A DNA stretch of 64,000 nucleotides from a virus. The stretch spans positions 5,011-69,010 of the IMG/VR virus record IMGVR_UViG_2600255067_000001; one strand, given 5' to 3'. The position numbers and the translations under genes were made by a program. Position 1 is the first letter of the stretch; every line of letters starts with the position of its first letter. Under the pieces are notes generated by a model. The model was given only the letters and a program-made list of their open reading frames with translations, did not search any database and had not been told where the DNA came from. Below are positions 27,594 through 36,297 of the stretch, piece after piece.

Positions 27594-27781
27594 GCGAACC
27601 TCTTCAGTTCCATGGCCGAGATGACGAAGTGCGGCAGCACTGCGGGCAGCGCGACCTTGACCTCGACCATCTCGCCGAGCTGTCGGCCGCTCTCGATCAC
27701 GACTCCCTCGGGCGCGTGCCGGTTGAGCAGCGCGATTTCTTCTGCGGTCAGCGCGCGGCCTTCCTGTTCGTTATCGTCCAT
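27590..27781 (-). CDS. Hypothetical small protein
   Basis: 63 aa, coupled to neighbours. Confidence 0.4.
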   Translation of the reverse strand: MDDNEQEGRALTAEEIALLNRHAPEGVVIESGRQLGEMVEVKVALPAVLPHFVISAMELKRFA

Positions 27782-28034
27782 GTAGCTCCCGTTGTGTCAC
27801 GCGCGGCCCGGCGACCACGCGCCCGTTTGAATCGCGCCAGAACTCAAACGCCTCGCCATCCGACCATTCCCACACGCAGTGCGTGCCGCCGTTGAGCGTC
27901 GGGTGCTCGAACATCGTCCCGCTGTGCAGCCAGCGACGGTTGCCGCTGTCGCTCTGATACGCCTCGTAATGAGGCTTCCACGTGAACGTCGACGGCACCA
28001 CGTGCGCCCAAGGGTCTCGCGCACTCTTCCGCAT
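27771..28034 (-). CDS. Hypothetical protein
   Basis: 87 aa MRKSARDPWAHVVPSTFTWKPHYEAYQSDSGNRRWLHSGTMFEHPTLNGGTHCVWEWSDGEAFEFWRDSNGRVVAGPRVTQRELHGR. This is the high-GC3 C-terminal part of track ORF 27771..28577, which is otherwise spurious. Confidence 0.5.
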   Translation of the reverse strand: MRKSARDPWAHVVPSTFTWKPHYEAYQSDSGNRRWLHSGTMFEHPTLNGGTHCVWEWSDGEAFEFWRDSNGRVVAGPRVTQRELHGR

Positions 28035-28036
28035 GC

Positions 28037-29374
28037 TCACTCCTTCGTTGCAAGGTCCGGGTTCATCTGCTTGGCGCCCTGCGCGCCCTTGATGGCGATC
28101 TGCACGTCGGCATAGGTCATGTCGCCCCATGCGCTCTCGATCGGTTCGAGCCCCTTCCGCGCGCGGTACATGTTCGGCGTCGTCGCGTTGTTCTGGTACT
28201 CGGTCTTGTAGATGTCCGCCGTCGCCTTCTCGTCCTCGCGGTCGATGTCGGGAAACGTCAGTTCGATCTGCGAGAAGCCGAGCCGCCCTTCGATAGACGA
28301 GCGGTTGATGTGCGCGCGCAACAGGTGCGCTGTGGGCTTGATCGTGCCGTCCCAATCGCGGTCGTAGCTGACCTCGGCGGTGTCGCGGTTGACGTCGCGC
28401 TCGATGGCGAGGTTCATCGGCGAGATGCCGAACGCCGCCGCGATCTCGCGCTTGAGCATGTCCTGGTATTCGAGGAACAGCGCCCTGTCGTCGGCGCCGC
28501 GCAGGTTGACCGCCTGCACCGCTTCGAACGACGTGATGGGCGTCATGCCCTGCCCTTCGATGTCGTTGCGCCACCAATCGCGGAACTGCCGCAGCTTGTT
28601 GTCGTCGAGCAGCGGGGCCGACGAGCCCTGCTTACCGGAGCCCCCGAAGTTGAGCAGCATGCCGGGCGATGCGTTCGACGCGACGTTGCCCGCGTACGCG
28701 CCCACACCGAGCAGGCGGCTCACGGTCTGGAACGCCACCTCCAGCGCGCCCCAACTGAACGGCGTATCGGTCGTCGGGTCGCCGCGACCGTAGACGAGGT
28801 CTTCCGCCGCGATGGGGATGCCCGTGGCGCCCCCGACGTTGCCCGCGCCGAGCGTTTGCATGTAGCGCGCCGTCTTCGGGTTGCCGTCCCATCCCGCGAA
28901 TACCTGGATGGACAGTGAGTCGGTGGGCCACATCCACAGCGGCCGGTTCGCATCGCCGCCGACGGCGTGCTCGTAGGCGAACGCCCCGCCGATCAGCAAG
29001 TCAGCGATCAACTGCTCGGTGAACGACCGGAAACTGTCCTCGTTGTTCGGCTTGTTCAGGCAGTCAGCGACGACGCGCATCTGCTGTTCGAGCACCTTGC
29101 TCGGCTTCACGCCTTCTTTCGGCCGCACGTCCCACCGCAACTCTGCGATGGGCAGCTTCACGGTGTTGATGGCGCGCCGCGCGTACGGCGTGCGCGCGAA
29201 GTTGCGCAGGTTCGACGGCGACGGCTTGAGCAGCGGCCGGTCCTTCCGGTATTGCTGGCCGCCGATGTTGAACAGCCGGGCGTATGCCTGCGTGTGCCGC
29301 TCCGGCTGCAGGCGTCGGCGCGCGGCGAACAGCATCGCGCGGGCGCGGTCGCCTAGCGTCTTCTGTACTGGCAT
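28037..29374 (-). CDS. Portal protein
   Basis: About 445 aa (track ORF 28037..29443 with GTG; Met-24 MPVQKTLGDRA... avoids overlap with the terminase). Immediately downstream of the large terminase. Confidence 0.7.
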   Translation of the reverse strand: MPVQKTLGDRARAMLFAARRRLQPERHTQAYARLFNIGGQQYRKDRPLLKPSPSNLRNFARTPYARRAINTVKLPIAELRWDVRPKEGVKPSKVLEQQMRVVADCLNKPNNEDSFRSFTEQLIADLLIGGAFAYEHAVGGDANRPLWMWPTDSLSIQVFAGWDGNPKTARYMQTLGAGNVGGATGIPIAAEDLVYGRGDPTTDTPFSWGALEVAFQTVSRLLGVGAYAGNVASNASPGMLLNFGGSGKQGSSAPLLDDNKLRQFRDWWRNDIEGQGMTPITSFEAVQAVNLRGADDRALFLEYQDMLKREIAAAFGISPMNLAIERDVNRDTAEVSYDRDWDGTIKPTAHLLRAHINRSSIEGRLGFSQIELTFPDIDREDEKATADIYKTEYQNNATTPNMYRARKGLEPIESAWGDMTYADVQIAIKGAQGAKQMNPDLATKE

Positions 29375-29382
29375 GTGGTGTC

Positions 29383-30816
29383 CTAGATGCTGCCCCATGC
29401 AGGGGACTGCTGTGTGAAGAGCGAGGAGAACGCACGCGAGCACGCGTCGACCTGGTCGTCGTGCGCCCCGTTCGGGAACATCCGCATCTCAGCGATCAGC
29501 GCGTCGTTCCACGGCGCGCGCAGCATGTACACGTTGCCCGCTTCCATCTGCGAGGCGAGCGGCGCCGCGCGCGTTGTTTTCGGGCCTGTCTCGACAGACG
29601 CCGAGATGATGTAACCGGCCAGCTTCTGCACGAAGTAGCGCGACTGCATCTTGCCGGCCTGCCCAGGGTCTTGCGGGATCGAGATGCGCACGCCGTGCCC
29701 ATCGCGCGCCGCGGTGTTCTTGAGCGACATCTCGACATCGAACGGCGACATCTGGCCGCGCACGATGTCGGTGATGAACACGCGACCGAGCGCGTCCGTT
29801 GCGAGCTTGGCACCGACCGTGTAGTCGGGATCGCCGCTCGTCGACTCGCCCTCTTCGGTGCCCGCGAAGTCCCACCCGCGCGCTTCGGTGAGGTCATACG
29901 GGAGCGCGTCGACGATGGTGATGCGGTCCGGCTTGAAGATGCCGCCCTCGGCGGGCGACGGCTGCTGCTGATACTGGCCGGAGAAGACGTACGGCTTCTT
30001 CTTCTCCATCACGCGCAGCGCGTCGATGCTGTGTTTCCACGGCCACAGCGCATCGCCCACCTTGCCGCCCGCCATCTCCGGCCACGAACCATCGTTGATC
30101 GCCGGGATGCACAGGTGCTCCCACTCCTCGCCGTTGCCGCCATCGAGCAGCCATCCGGCCAGGTCTCGCTCATGCAGGCGCTGCATGATGAGAATCTTCG
30201 GCGTGTTCGGGTTGTTGACGCGCGACTCCAGCGTGTTCTGAAACCACTCGATCACGCCCTCGCGGATCGTGTCGCTACTCGCCTCGTCGGCCTTGTGCGG
30301 GTCGTCGATGACGATGGCGCCCGCGAAACCGTCGCGCGCCTTGCCCGCGCCGAAGCCCGTTATCGTGCCGCCGGAGCCTGTAGCATAGAAAGAGCCGCCC
30401 GCCGTGGTCTTCCAGTCGTCCTTGGCTGTAGCGTCAGCAGCCAGATGCACATCAGGGAAAATCTCGCCAAACGCTTCATGCGTCAGTAGCTCCTTTACGC
30501 CTGCGCTGTTCTTCGCAGCCAGCTTGGCCGAATAGCTGGTATGGATGAACTCGCTGTCGGGCGCCATCCCCATCGCCCACGCGCAGAAGTTCATCACCGC
30601 GATCTCGGTTTTCGAGTACCGCGGCGGGATGTTGATGATCAGGTTCCGCGTTTCGCCCCGATAGACGCGCATGAGCGCATCACAGACGACCTGGTGATGC
30701 CAATTCCGCTTCCATTGGAAGTTGCGGCGCCGCTTGAACATGTAGCGGCTGAAGAAGTACAGGTCGCCCCGGGCTGCGTCGCGGATCGCTTGCAGTTCGA
30801 CCGGGTCAATACTCAT
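29383..30816 (-). CDS. Terminase large subunit
   Basis: 477 aa. N-terminal ATPase region (..IINIPPRYSKTEIAV.., ..GAIVIDDPHKADEASS..) and C-terminal nuclease-like region (..GAHDDQVDACSRAF..). Confidence 0.85.
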   Translation of the reverse strand: MSIDPVELQAIRDAARGDLYFFSRYMFKRRRNFQWKRNWHHQVVCDALMRVYRGETRNLIINIPPRYSKTEIAVMNFCAWAMGMAPDSEFIHTSYSAKLAAKNSAGVKELLTHEAFGEIFPDVHLAADATAKDDWKTTAGGSFYATGSGGTITGFGAGKARDGFAGAIVIDDPHKADEASSDTIREGVIEWFQNTLESRVNNPNTPKILIMQRLHERDLAGWLLDGGNGEEWEHLCIPAINDGSWPEMAGGKVGDALWPWKHSIDALRVMEKKKPYVFSGQYQQQPSPAEGGIFKPDRITIVDALPYDLTEARGWDFAGTEEGESTSGDPDYTVGAKLATDALGRVFITDIVRGQMSPFDVEMSLKNTAARDGHGVRISIPQDPGQAGKMQSRYFVQKLAGYIISASVETGPKTTRAAPLASQMEAGNVYMLRAPWNDALIAEMRMFPNGAHDDQVDACSRAFSSLFTQQSPAWGSI

Positions 30817-31309
30817 CCAGAACCCGCCGCACGACCTTCTCGTACTCGTCGGGCGTCACAGCCGCGGCGATGTGCGCGTGAGCGTGTGCATGCGCGTGCG
30901 GGATCGGCGCGCCGTTCGGCCCGGACGCCTCAACGCGAGTCTTGTTCGTGAACGCCCCGCCCGCCTCTTTCGCGGCCTGCTCGAGCGCCTGCAGCGCGAC
31001 GACCGTGTTCCCGCTCGTCTCAGCCTTCACGAGGATGCGTTCGATCCGGCGCAGCCGCACGGCCGCGTTCGCGATAGGCACCTGGCTGATGTCAGCCAGA
31101 AACGCCTCGCGCGTGCGCTGGAACACCTCCCGCCACTTCTTCGACAGCCCCTTGCCGATCGCCTTGTTCGGGTCGTATGCCTCAACCTGCTGCCGGCTCA
31201 CCACGAGGCCGAATTCCTCTTTGACTGCCCCCGCCACCTGACTAGGCGTGTCGTAGCACGCGAGCGCGCGCACGATGAACAGCTTCACGTCGTCGTTGAG
31301 CGTTGCCAT
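30806..31309 (-). CDS. DUF2280-type putative terminase small subunit
   Basis: 167 aa. N-terminus MATLNDDVKLFIVRALACYDTPSQVAGAVKEEFG... typical of the family found upstream of TerL. Contains an in-frame HAHAHAHAH repeat. Confidence 0.55.
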   Translation of the reverse strand: MATLNDDVKLFIVRALACYDTPSQVAGAVKEEFGLVVSRQQVEAYDPNKAIGKGLSKKWREVFQRTREAFLADISQVPIANAAVRLRRIERILVKAETSGNTVVALQALEQAAKEAGGAFTNKTRVEASGPNGAPIPHAHAHAHAHIAAAVTPDEYEKVVRRVLDEY

Positions 31310-31351
31310 GTTGAAAGAATCCGTCTAAGAGGTGTCAAATCGCGAGTCGGT

Positions 31352-32008
31352 CTATAAGCAAGTCCCGCAACAGTGTTCAATCTGGAAGTCGCCGAACTCC
31401 GGCGTCGCATTTGCTGCTTCAACCAGCTTCGAGGTCTGCCCCGCCGCGTTGCCCGCCCCGTACCTTCTAACCACCCCGACGAACTCCTCTACGTCGTGGC
31501 CCTTTATGGCGAAGACGGGGAGTCCTGTCCGTTGGTTGAAGCGAGGCGCGCCGAACACGTCAAGTGCCTGCGCACAGTGGTACAGCTCATGCTCGATGAG
31601 CGCGCACCATGAGGCGTCGCTCATCCCCCGCGCTATCCGCGCGTCAATCGTGATGACGAAGTCGGGGATGTCACCGAACCATTCGCACATCTGCATCTCT
31701 TGCCTAGCCCTTCCCCACGCACTGGCGCGGAACATCGGCTGTTCGGCGGTCGCGGCCACTCGCCGCATCTGCTTCTCATTCGTTACTTCCGTCCACAGCG
31801 CGCCGATGTGAGCATCGCGTAGGTGGGCGTGGTCTTCGTTGTAGAGCGGCGAGTCGGGGTCGAGAAAGACCTCGTTCAGCCACGCCACCACTTGGGGCGC
31901 CGCGAGAAACGCCTTGCTCATCTCCTCCGGCGGCATCGGGCGCGCCGGGATGTCGAGCGTGGGCGTCTCCGGCGCCTTGTTGCGCTTTTTCCTCTCTCCC
32001 ATCGCCAC
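31352..32008 (-). CDS. HExxH-motif protein (putative Zn-metallopeptidase-like), first gene of the leftward late operon
   Basis: 218 aa with ALIEHELYHC (HExxH) and a Cys-rich C-terminus (IEHCCGTCL). Confidence 0.45.
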   Translation of the reverse strand: MAMGERKKRNKAPETPTLDIPARPMPPEEMSKAFLAAPQVVAWLNEVFLDPDSPLYNEDHAHLRDAHIGALWTEVTNEKQMRRVAATAEQPMFRASAWGRARQEMQMCEWFGDIPDFVITIDARIARGMSDASWCALIEHELYHCAQALDVFGAPRFNQRTGLPVFAIKGHDVEEFVGVVRRYGAGNAAGQTSKLVEAANATPEFGDFQIEHCCGTCL

Positions 32009-32021
32009 CTCAAAAAACCGC

Positions 32022-32050
32022 TTGCGTTTCTGCTAATGCGTTCGCATAAT
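32022..32050 (+). promoter_or_regulatory. Candidate rightward early promoter (TTGCGT-17-CATAAT) in the divergent control region, overlapping the conserved motif
   Basis: cTTGCGTttctgctaatgcgttcgCATAATgcacacatcg. A shared ATAATGCACACAT element also forms the -10 and start region of the TA-module promoter at about 34786. Confidence 0.4.
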
Positions 32051-32086
32051 GCACACATCGACAACGCAAACGCACCGGAGTCAGCC

Positions 32087-32242
32087 ATGCAGCACTACAT
32101 CGTCGTCATGGAAAACGTGGCAATGGGCCGCACGAACGTCCACATGCACGCCGTCAGCGCCGAGGCCGCGCGCGACAAGGTCATCGAATACTGGCTGACC
32201 ATGGGCGAAATCGCTCAGTGCGTTTCCGTCTTCGCCGCCTGA
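32087..32242 (+). CDS. Small hypothetical protein (first rightward gene)
   Basis: 51 aa MQHYIVVMENVAMGRTNVHMHAVSAEAARDKVIEYWLTMGEIAQCVSVFAA, RBS GGAG. Confidence 0.4.
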   Translation: MQHYIVVMENVAMGRTNVHMHAVSAEAARDKVIEYWLTMGEIAQCVSVFAA

Positions 32243-32272
32243 CCACCGAACCAACGCACGAAGGGGATGAAG

Positions 32273-32401
32273 ATGGAATTCACAGCAAACGTAAAGACGG
32301 CGCGCGGTACCGAGAGCGTTACGGTTCGCGCTTCCAGCAAAGAAGCCGCAATCCTGAAGCTTCTGCGCCTCGGCTATCTCGCAGTTAACTGGATTCTCTA
32401 A
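32273..32401 (+). CDS. Small hypothetical protein
   Basis: 42 aa MEFTANVKTARGTESVTVRASSKEAAILKLLRLGYLAVNWIL, RBS AAGGGGATGAAG. Confidence 0.35.
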   Translation: MEFTANVKTARGTESVTVRASSKEAAILKLLRLGYLAVNWIL

Positions 32402-32420
32402 CCACCCCTCCCGCTACGGC

Positions 32421-32792
32421 ATGGAGATCGAAATGAACGCAACCAAGAACCTGCCCGAACTCGAAGCCTGCGGCTGGTTCGTGCGCACGAAGCGAACGGC
32501 GGCCGATCCGGCTGGCTGGCTTGTCGCCGACTGCTCGGCTATGGGCGGGCGCGGCGCCGAATTCGCGAAGCTGTTCGCGGCTTCCCGGGCAATGGCTGAC
32601 GCGCTCCTCATCGCGCTCGAAGGCGTTCCCGAGATTCAGTCCAGCGTCCGCCTCACCATGGAAGCGGCGCTTGTTCGGGCCGGCTTGATGACGGTCGAGC
32701 CGCAGCCGGAGCGCGCCGGTGCCGACGATTCGCTCGGCCACATGCACGCGCCGGTTCGGCACATCCGCATCTGCGGCGACGGAATCGACTGA
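32421..32792 (+). CDS. Hypothetical protein
   Basis: 123 aa ORF. Confidence 0.5.
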   Translation: MEIEMNATKNLPELEACGWFVRTKRTAADPAGWLVADCSAMGGRGAEFAKLFAASRAMADALLIALEGVPEIQSSVRLTMEAALVRAGLMTVEPQPERAGADDSLGHMHAPVRHIRICGDGID

Positions 32793-32918
32793 ACAGATCA
32801 ACTGCTCGCGTAGCTCAAGGAGAGCACCCGCTTCTTAAGCGGAAGGCGCGTCGGCGACGGCCGAACGGTTCGATTCCCGCCGCGGGCACCAATTTTCACC
32901 ACGCCCCAAGGAGGCACC

Positions 32919-33188
32919 ATGAGCACCACCGCATCAGGCATCGCCATGCAAGAAGTCGAGTCGTCGCAAATCCACAGCATCGGCCACGACCCGGCGCGCA
33001 ACGTTCTCGCCATCCGCTTCCGTTCGAAGCGCGGCCAGGGCTCGCTGTACGAATACCGGAACGTCACTGAGGCGACCTTCGAGGCGTTCCGCACCGCCGA
33101 GTCCATCGGCCGTTACTTCGGGCAGCACATCAAGCCGAACAAAGAGCTTTACCCCTTCGATAAGGTCGAAGAGCCCGTCGCGGCATGA
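32919..33188 (+). CDS. KTSC-domain protein
   Basis: 89 aa ...IHSIGHDPARNVLAIRF...GSLYEYRNVTEATFEAFRTAESIGRYFGQHIK matches the KTSC fold signature. RBS AAGGAGG. Confidence 0.6.
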   Translation: MSTTASGIAMQEVESSQIHSIGHDPARNVLAIRFRSKRGQGSLYEYRNVTEATFEAFRTAESIGRYFGQHIKPNKELYPFDKVEEPVAA

Positions 33189-33403
33189 CCGCGCCCAACT
33201 GGCGCGAGGCAGTGATCACGATCAACGGTCACTGCCTCACTGACGCGCAAAGCACTACCGTGCGCACGGCTCTCGAATCGCTGGCGATGAGCCTGAACGG
33301 CGATGCGCCGCTCGGCGACGACGAGCACGGCCGGCGCATGACTGCGGCATACCGGGCGCGGCTCGAAGAGATTCGCACCTTTCTCTACGGAGCATCCGCA
33401 TGA
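33185..33403 (+). CDS. Hypothetical small protein
   Basis: 72 aa, coupled. Confidence 0.45.
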   Translation: MTAPNWREAVITINGHCLTDAQSTTVRTALESLAMSLNGDAPLGDDEHGRRMTAAYRARLEEIRTFLYGASA

Positions 33404-33930
33404 CAGCCATGCAACACGCCTTCGACCGCGCGAGCGGCGAAAAGACGCCGTGGAATCCTTCACGCCGGGCCATCGCGCGCGTGAAGAATCCCCTTCCGGC
33501 ACCTACCGAATGCCCGCGTTGCGGGGGTGGCCCTGTCGAGGTCGTTCGAAACGCAGAAATCTACGGCCGCGACTATGGCGAATGGCCGTGGACGTACCTT
33601 TGTCGGCACTGCCGGGCCTACGTCGGCATGCACCCGTTCACTGCTATCCCGCTCGGCACGCTCGCCGACGCCCCGACGCGCGAGGCCCGCAAGCGCGCCA
33701 AGGCCGCGTTCAATCCGCTATGGCAGTCGGGCGAGATGACGCGCACCGAGGCTTATGCGTGGCTCGCCGCTCGCCTCGGCATCGCTGCGGCTGCGTGTCA
33801 CATCGGATGGTTCGACGTCGCCATGTGCCAGGCGGTCGAGCACGCTTGCCTCACAACGTCAGCGCGGGGGCGGACTCGGTCCACGTACGAACCGAAGCAG
33901 CCTCTCCGACGCCATGCTGAATCAACGTGA
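33400..33930 (+). CDS. Zinc-finger (CPRCGG...CRHCRAY) phage protein, DUF3268-like
   Basis: Treble-clef-like CxxC...CxxC near the N-terminus. The 3' end overlaps the convergent phosphatase gene, so the true stop may be earlier. Confidence 0.5.
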   Translation: MTAMQHAFDRASGEKTPWNPSRRAIARVKNPLPAPTECPRCGGGPVEVVRNAEIYGRDYGEWPWTYLCRHCRAYVGMHPFTAIPLGTLADAPTREARKRAKAAFNPLWQSGEMTRTEAYAWLAARLGIAAAACHIGWFDVAMCQAVEHACLTTSARGRTRSTYEPKQPLRRHAEST

Positions 33931-34570
33931 GCCGCGCGTCTCGCGTGGCATGGCCGGCGCCGGTGTCGATGTAGTGACGGGAGAACGCGCAGAACGGCGA
34001 CCGCACCGGCGTATGCCCCACGTATGTTAGCGACAACCCTTCGCGCGGCGGCACGGACTTACCACTCACCAGATCGCGGCCCCACAGCATGCGCATAGCG
34101 ACGTACGGCTCGAAATCCCCCTCGTCAAGCTCCGCATCGGTGCCGAAAAACTCGGCGTGCATCAGGTTGAACCGCTCGGCGCCATCGCCGACGACAATCG
34201 CGAGGGGCAATTCGCCAAGGCGGTCAGATACCTGTCGCAGTTCGGTCATGTCGCATCCTCGCGCCCATGCGCCGCCGTTCGCAACCCACCATTCCCAATG
34301 ACGGGCACTCGGATCGCTCACCACCGTGCGAAGCATCTCCTCGTGGTTGCCGCGCACCGCGTGGAACCACGGGCAGTCGAGCAACGTGAGAGCGCCACCG
34401 GAATCCGGTCCGCGGTCGATCAGGTCACCAACCGAGAAAAGCCGGTCGAACCGCGTATCGAACGCGACTCGACAAAGCAGTTCGTGCAGGGCCTCGGTGC
34501 AGCCGTGGATGTCGCCGACGATGAAGTCTCGTCCAGCGACGTTCGCCGGCAAGCGCTCAACTTGCGGCAT
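33851..34570 (-). CDS. Ser/Thr protein phosphatase (lambda-phosphatase-like metallophosphoesterase)
   Basis: 239 aa with GDIHGC, GDLIDRGPDS and GNHE motifs. Confidence 0.8.
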   Translation of the reverse strand: MPQVERLPANVAGRDFIVGDIHGCTEALHELLCRVAFDTRFDRLFSVGDLIDRGPDSGGALTLLDCPWFHAVRGNHEEMLRTVVSDPSARHWEWWVANGGAWARGCDMTELRQVSDRLGELPLAIVVGDGAERFNLMHAEFFGTDAELDEGDFEPYVAMRMLWGRDLVSGKSVPPREGLSLTYVGHTPVRSPFCAFSRHYIDTGAGHATRDARLTLIQHGVGEAASVRTWTESAPALTL

Positions 34571-34706
34571 GGCATCCCCCGCTCAGCACACCGTAAATCG
34601 GTGTCGGCGGTACGGTGTAGCCGAGCCGCCCGCGAATCATGATCAAGTCGTCAAGCGTGCGCGGCTTTGCCCACGCGCGAATCGCCGCCAACAGTTTTCC
34701 AAGCAT
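34557..34706 (-). CDS. Small protein upstream of, and overlapping, the phosphatase gene
   Basis: 49 aa MLGKLLAAIRAWAKPRTLDDLIMIRGRLGYTVPPTPIYGVLSGGCHAAS. RBS GTGGAGGACGGCG. The stop overlaps the phosphatase start. Confidence 0.4.
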   Translation of the reverse strand: MLGKLLAAIRAWAKPRTLDDLIMIRGRLGYTVPPTPIYGVLSGGCHAAS

Positions 34707-34765
34707 CGCCGTCCTCCACGACAAACGAAAACTTATCTTCGCCAGCGGAAATTCTTATTTCTCGC

Positions 34766-34794
34766 TTGACAAAGCCTTATACAAAACTAATAAT
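34766..34794 (+). promoter_or_regulatory. Sigma-70-like promoter TTGACA-16-TAATAAT for the toxin-antitoxin operon, giving a leaderless or near-leaderless mRNA
   Basis: cgcTTGACAaagccttatacaaaacTAATAATgcacacATG. The ATG lies 7 nt after the -10 element. Confidence 0.5.
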
Positions 34795-34800
34795 GCACAC

Positions 34801-35055
34801 ATGAACTCGATCCGCTGGTCACCGAAAGCAATGAAGCAGGTTCGCAAGCTGGACCGCAAAGACGGCGCTACGATTACGAAGGCCGTCGATGTGCTGGTGG
34901 CGTTCCCGAACTGCTCGAACATCAAGGCGCTGACGAACCACGAATACGGGTACCGCCTTCGGGTCGGCAACTACCGAGTGTTTTTCAACTACGACGGCGC
35001 GGTGCACGTCGTCTCTGTCGAAGAGGTCAAGAAACGCGATGAGCGCACGTACTGA
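34801..35055 (+). CDS. RelE/ParE-superfamily toxin (HigB-like, toxin-first arrangement)
   Basis: 84 aa ...GYRLRVGNYRVFFNYDGAVHVVSVEEVKKRDE typical of RelE/ParE toxins. Confidence 0.7.
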   Translation: MNSIRWSPKAMKQVRKLDRKDGATITKAVDVLVAFPNCSNIKALTNHEYGYRLRVGNYRVFFNYDGAVHVVSVEEVKKRDERTY

Positions 35056-35374
35056 ACCCCAAATCATTCGAGACGCCGCAGGGCGTCCGACTTTCGCCGT
35101 CATCCCCTACGGCGAATATCAGGAACTCGTCGGCAAGGCAGCCGAAGAGCCGTATATCCCGCACGCTGTCGTCAAGCGCGTGGTCGAAGACGGCGTTACG
35201 CCTGTGCGCGCGTGGCGTGAGCACCTTGAACTGACGCAAGCCGATGTCGCCTCGCGGCTCGGCATCTCGCAATCGGCCTACGCTCAGCAAGAGACTGCGG
35301 AGAAGCCGCGCAAATCGACGCTGAAGAAGATCGCGGACGCGCTCGGCATCTCGGTTAAGGTGCTCGACGTCTGA
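35039..35374 (+). CDS. HigA-like antitoxin with C-terminal XRE-type HTH
   Basis: 111 aa. It overlaps the toxin 3' end. HTH segment LTQADVASRLGISQSAYAQQE. The N-terminus (PTFAVIPYGEYQEL) is Phd/YefM-like. Confidence 0.65.
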   Translation: MSARTEPQIIRDAAGRPTFAVIPYGEYQELVGKAAEEPYIPHAVVKRVVEDGVTPVRAWREHLELTQADVASRLGISQSAYAQQETAEKPRKSTLKKIADALGISVKVLDV

Positions 35375-35453
35375 AGCTGGAGCGGGCTGCGAGAGTCGAA
35401 CTCGCGTAGACGGCTTGGAAGGCCGCAGCCTGACCACCTCGGCCAAGCCCGCA

Positions 35454-35531
35454 TGGTGCCCCCGGCATGGATTCGAACCCGCGACCCTTCCCTTACAGGG
35501 GGAACGCTCTGCCGTGCTGAGCTACGAGGGC
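35454..35531 (-). pseudogene. tRNA-Thr(UGU)-like sequence with a disrupted T-arm (probable pseudo-tRNA)
   Basis: Reverse complement GCCCTCGTAGCTCAGCACGGCAGAGCGTTCCCCCTGTAAGGGAAGGGTC GCGGGTTCGAATCCATGCCGGGGGCACCA. Acceptor, D and anticodon arms are good, but the T-stem cannot pair (GCGGG vs CCATG) and position 33 is C. Confidence 0.35.
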
Positions 35532-35535
35532 AAAC

Positions 35536-35611
35536 TGGCTGACCGAGCAGGGATTGAACCCGCCTCACGTGGATTAACAGTCCGGCCGCACACCGTTGTG
35601 CGTTTCGGTCA
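35536..35611 (-). tRNA. tRNA-Asn(GUU)-like (possibly degenerate)
   Basis: Reverse complement TGACCGAAACGCACAACGGTGTGCGGCCGGACTGTTAATCCACGTGAGGCGGGTTCAATCCCTGCTCGGTCAGCCA. Acceptor, D and T arms pair, discriminator is G73 and CCA is present. The anticodon stem has 2 mismatches and position 8 is A. Confidence 0.45.
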
Positions 35612-36297
35612 TCAAAATCGAAGAGAGCGGTCGGATTTGAACCGACGAGCGTCGCGTGGGTCCACCGCTTCGCATCCCAACCTGCTCGCAGCGTCCTGCT
35701 GGCATTCGCTCTCACGACTGCCGTTAGCTCCGCGTCCTACTTCATTCGGACTGCGCGCGGACAGAGGCGCGCCACCCTGCCGCCGGCATGCGTGAAAGCG
35801 CCCTTAACGACGGGCCGCCGGCGCGCTATGGACGCCTCACCCGGGATGTCATCCCCGGCAGTGTGCTGCGACACCTCTTGGTCTATGGCGCCGTCATCTG
35901 GTTAGCGAGGGTGGGTGCTCCTCAACCATCGGGCAAGTCTGAACCCATGCGGACCTGTCGTGCCGCTATCAACGCTGCGCCGAAACGCAGATACCGCGTG
36001 CTCAATGTGCCGTCCGGGGGTGCTCTGTGCAGCCGACCTGCACGTGACGGCATTAGCTCTCACAGAGGAGTTCGTGCGGAGAGGTCGCACGTTGCGCACC
36101 GTGGTCATTCCCGCTTGAGGTCCGCACGAACCCCTCTGTGAGAGCGCCGGGTGATCCGCATTCCGACCGGCCCGGCGCCAGTCCTCATATCCGCTGCGGT
36201 TCAGCGTTCCCGAGCCTTTCGGCCTTTTCACGGGGCATTGCGCGATCGTGGAGGCTTCCGCCTCCCGTTCTTCGCGCCAGTCGCTCACAGGTGTGAG

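Noticed and set aside
27771-28577. 268-aa minus-strand ORF reported by the track
   Set aside because: Only its 3' 87 codons show coding GC3 and they form a separate small gene (27771-28034). The upstream part overlaps the portal gene in another frame.
35720-36290. Protein-coding interpretation of 35788..36141 (+) and 35902..36462 (-)
   Set aside because: Weak and patchy GC3 bias, no RBS, and the region lies inside a tRNA operon with strong RNA-like inverted repeats. Treated as non-coding RNA or spacer, though a short N-terminal TM peptide at 35788 cannot be fully excluded.
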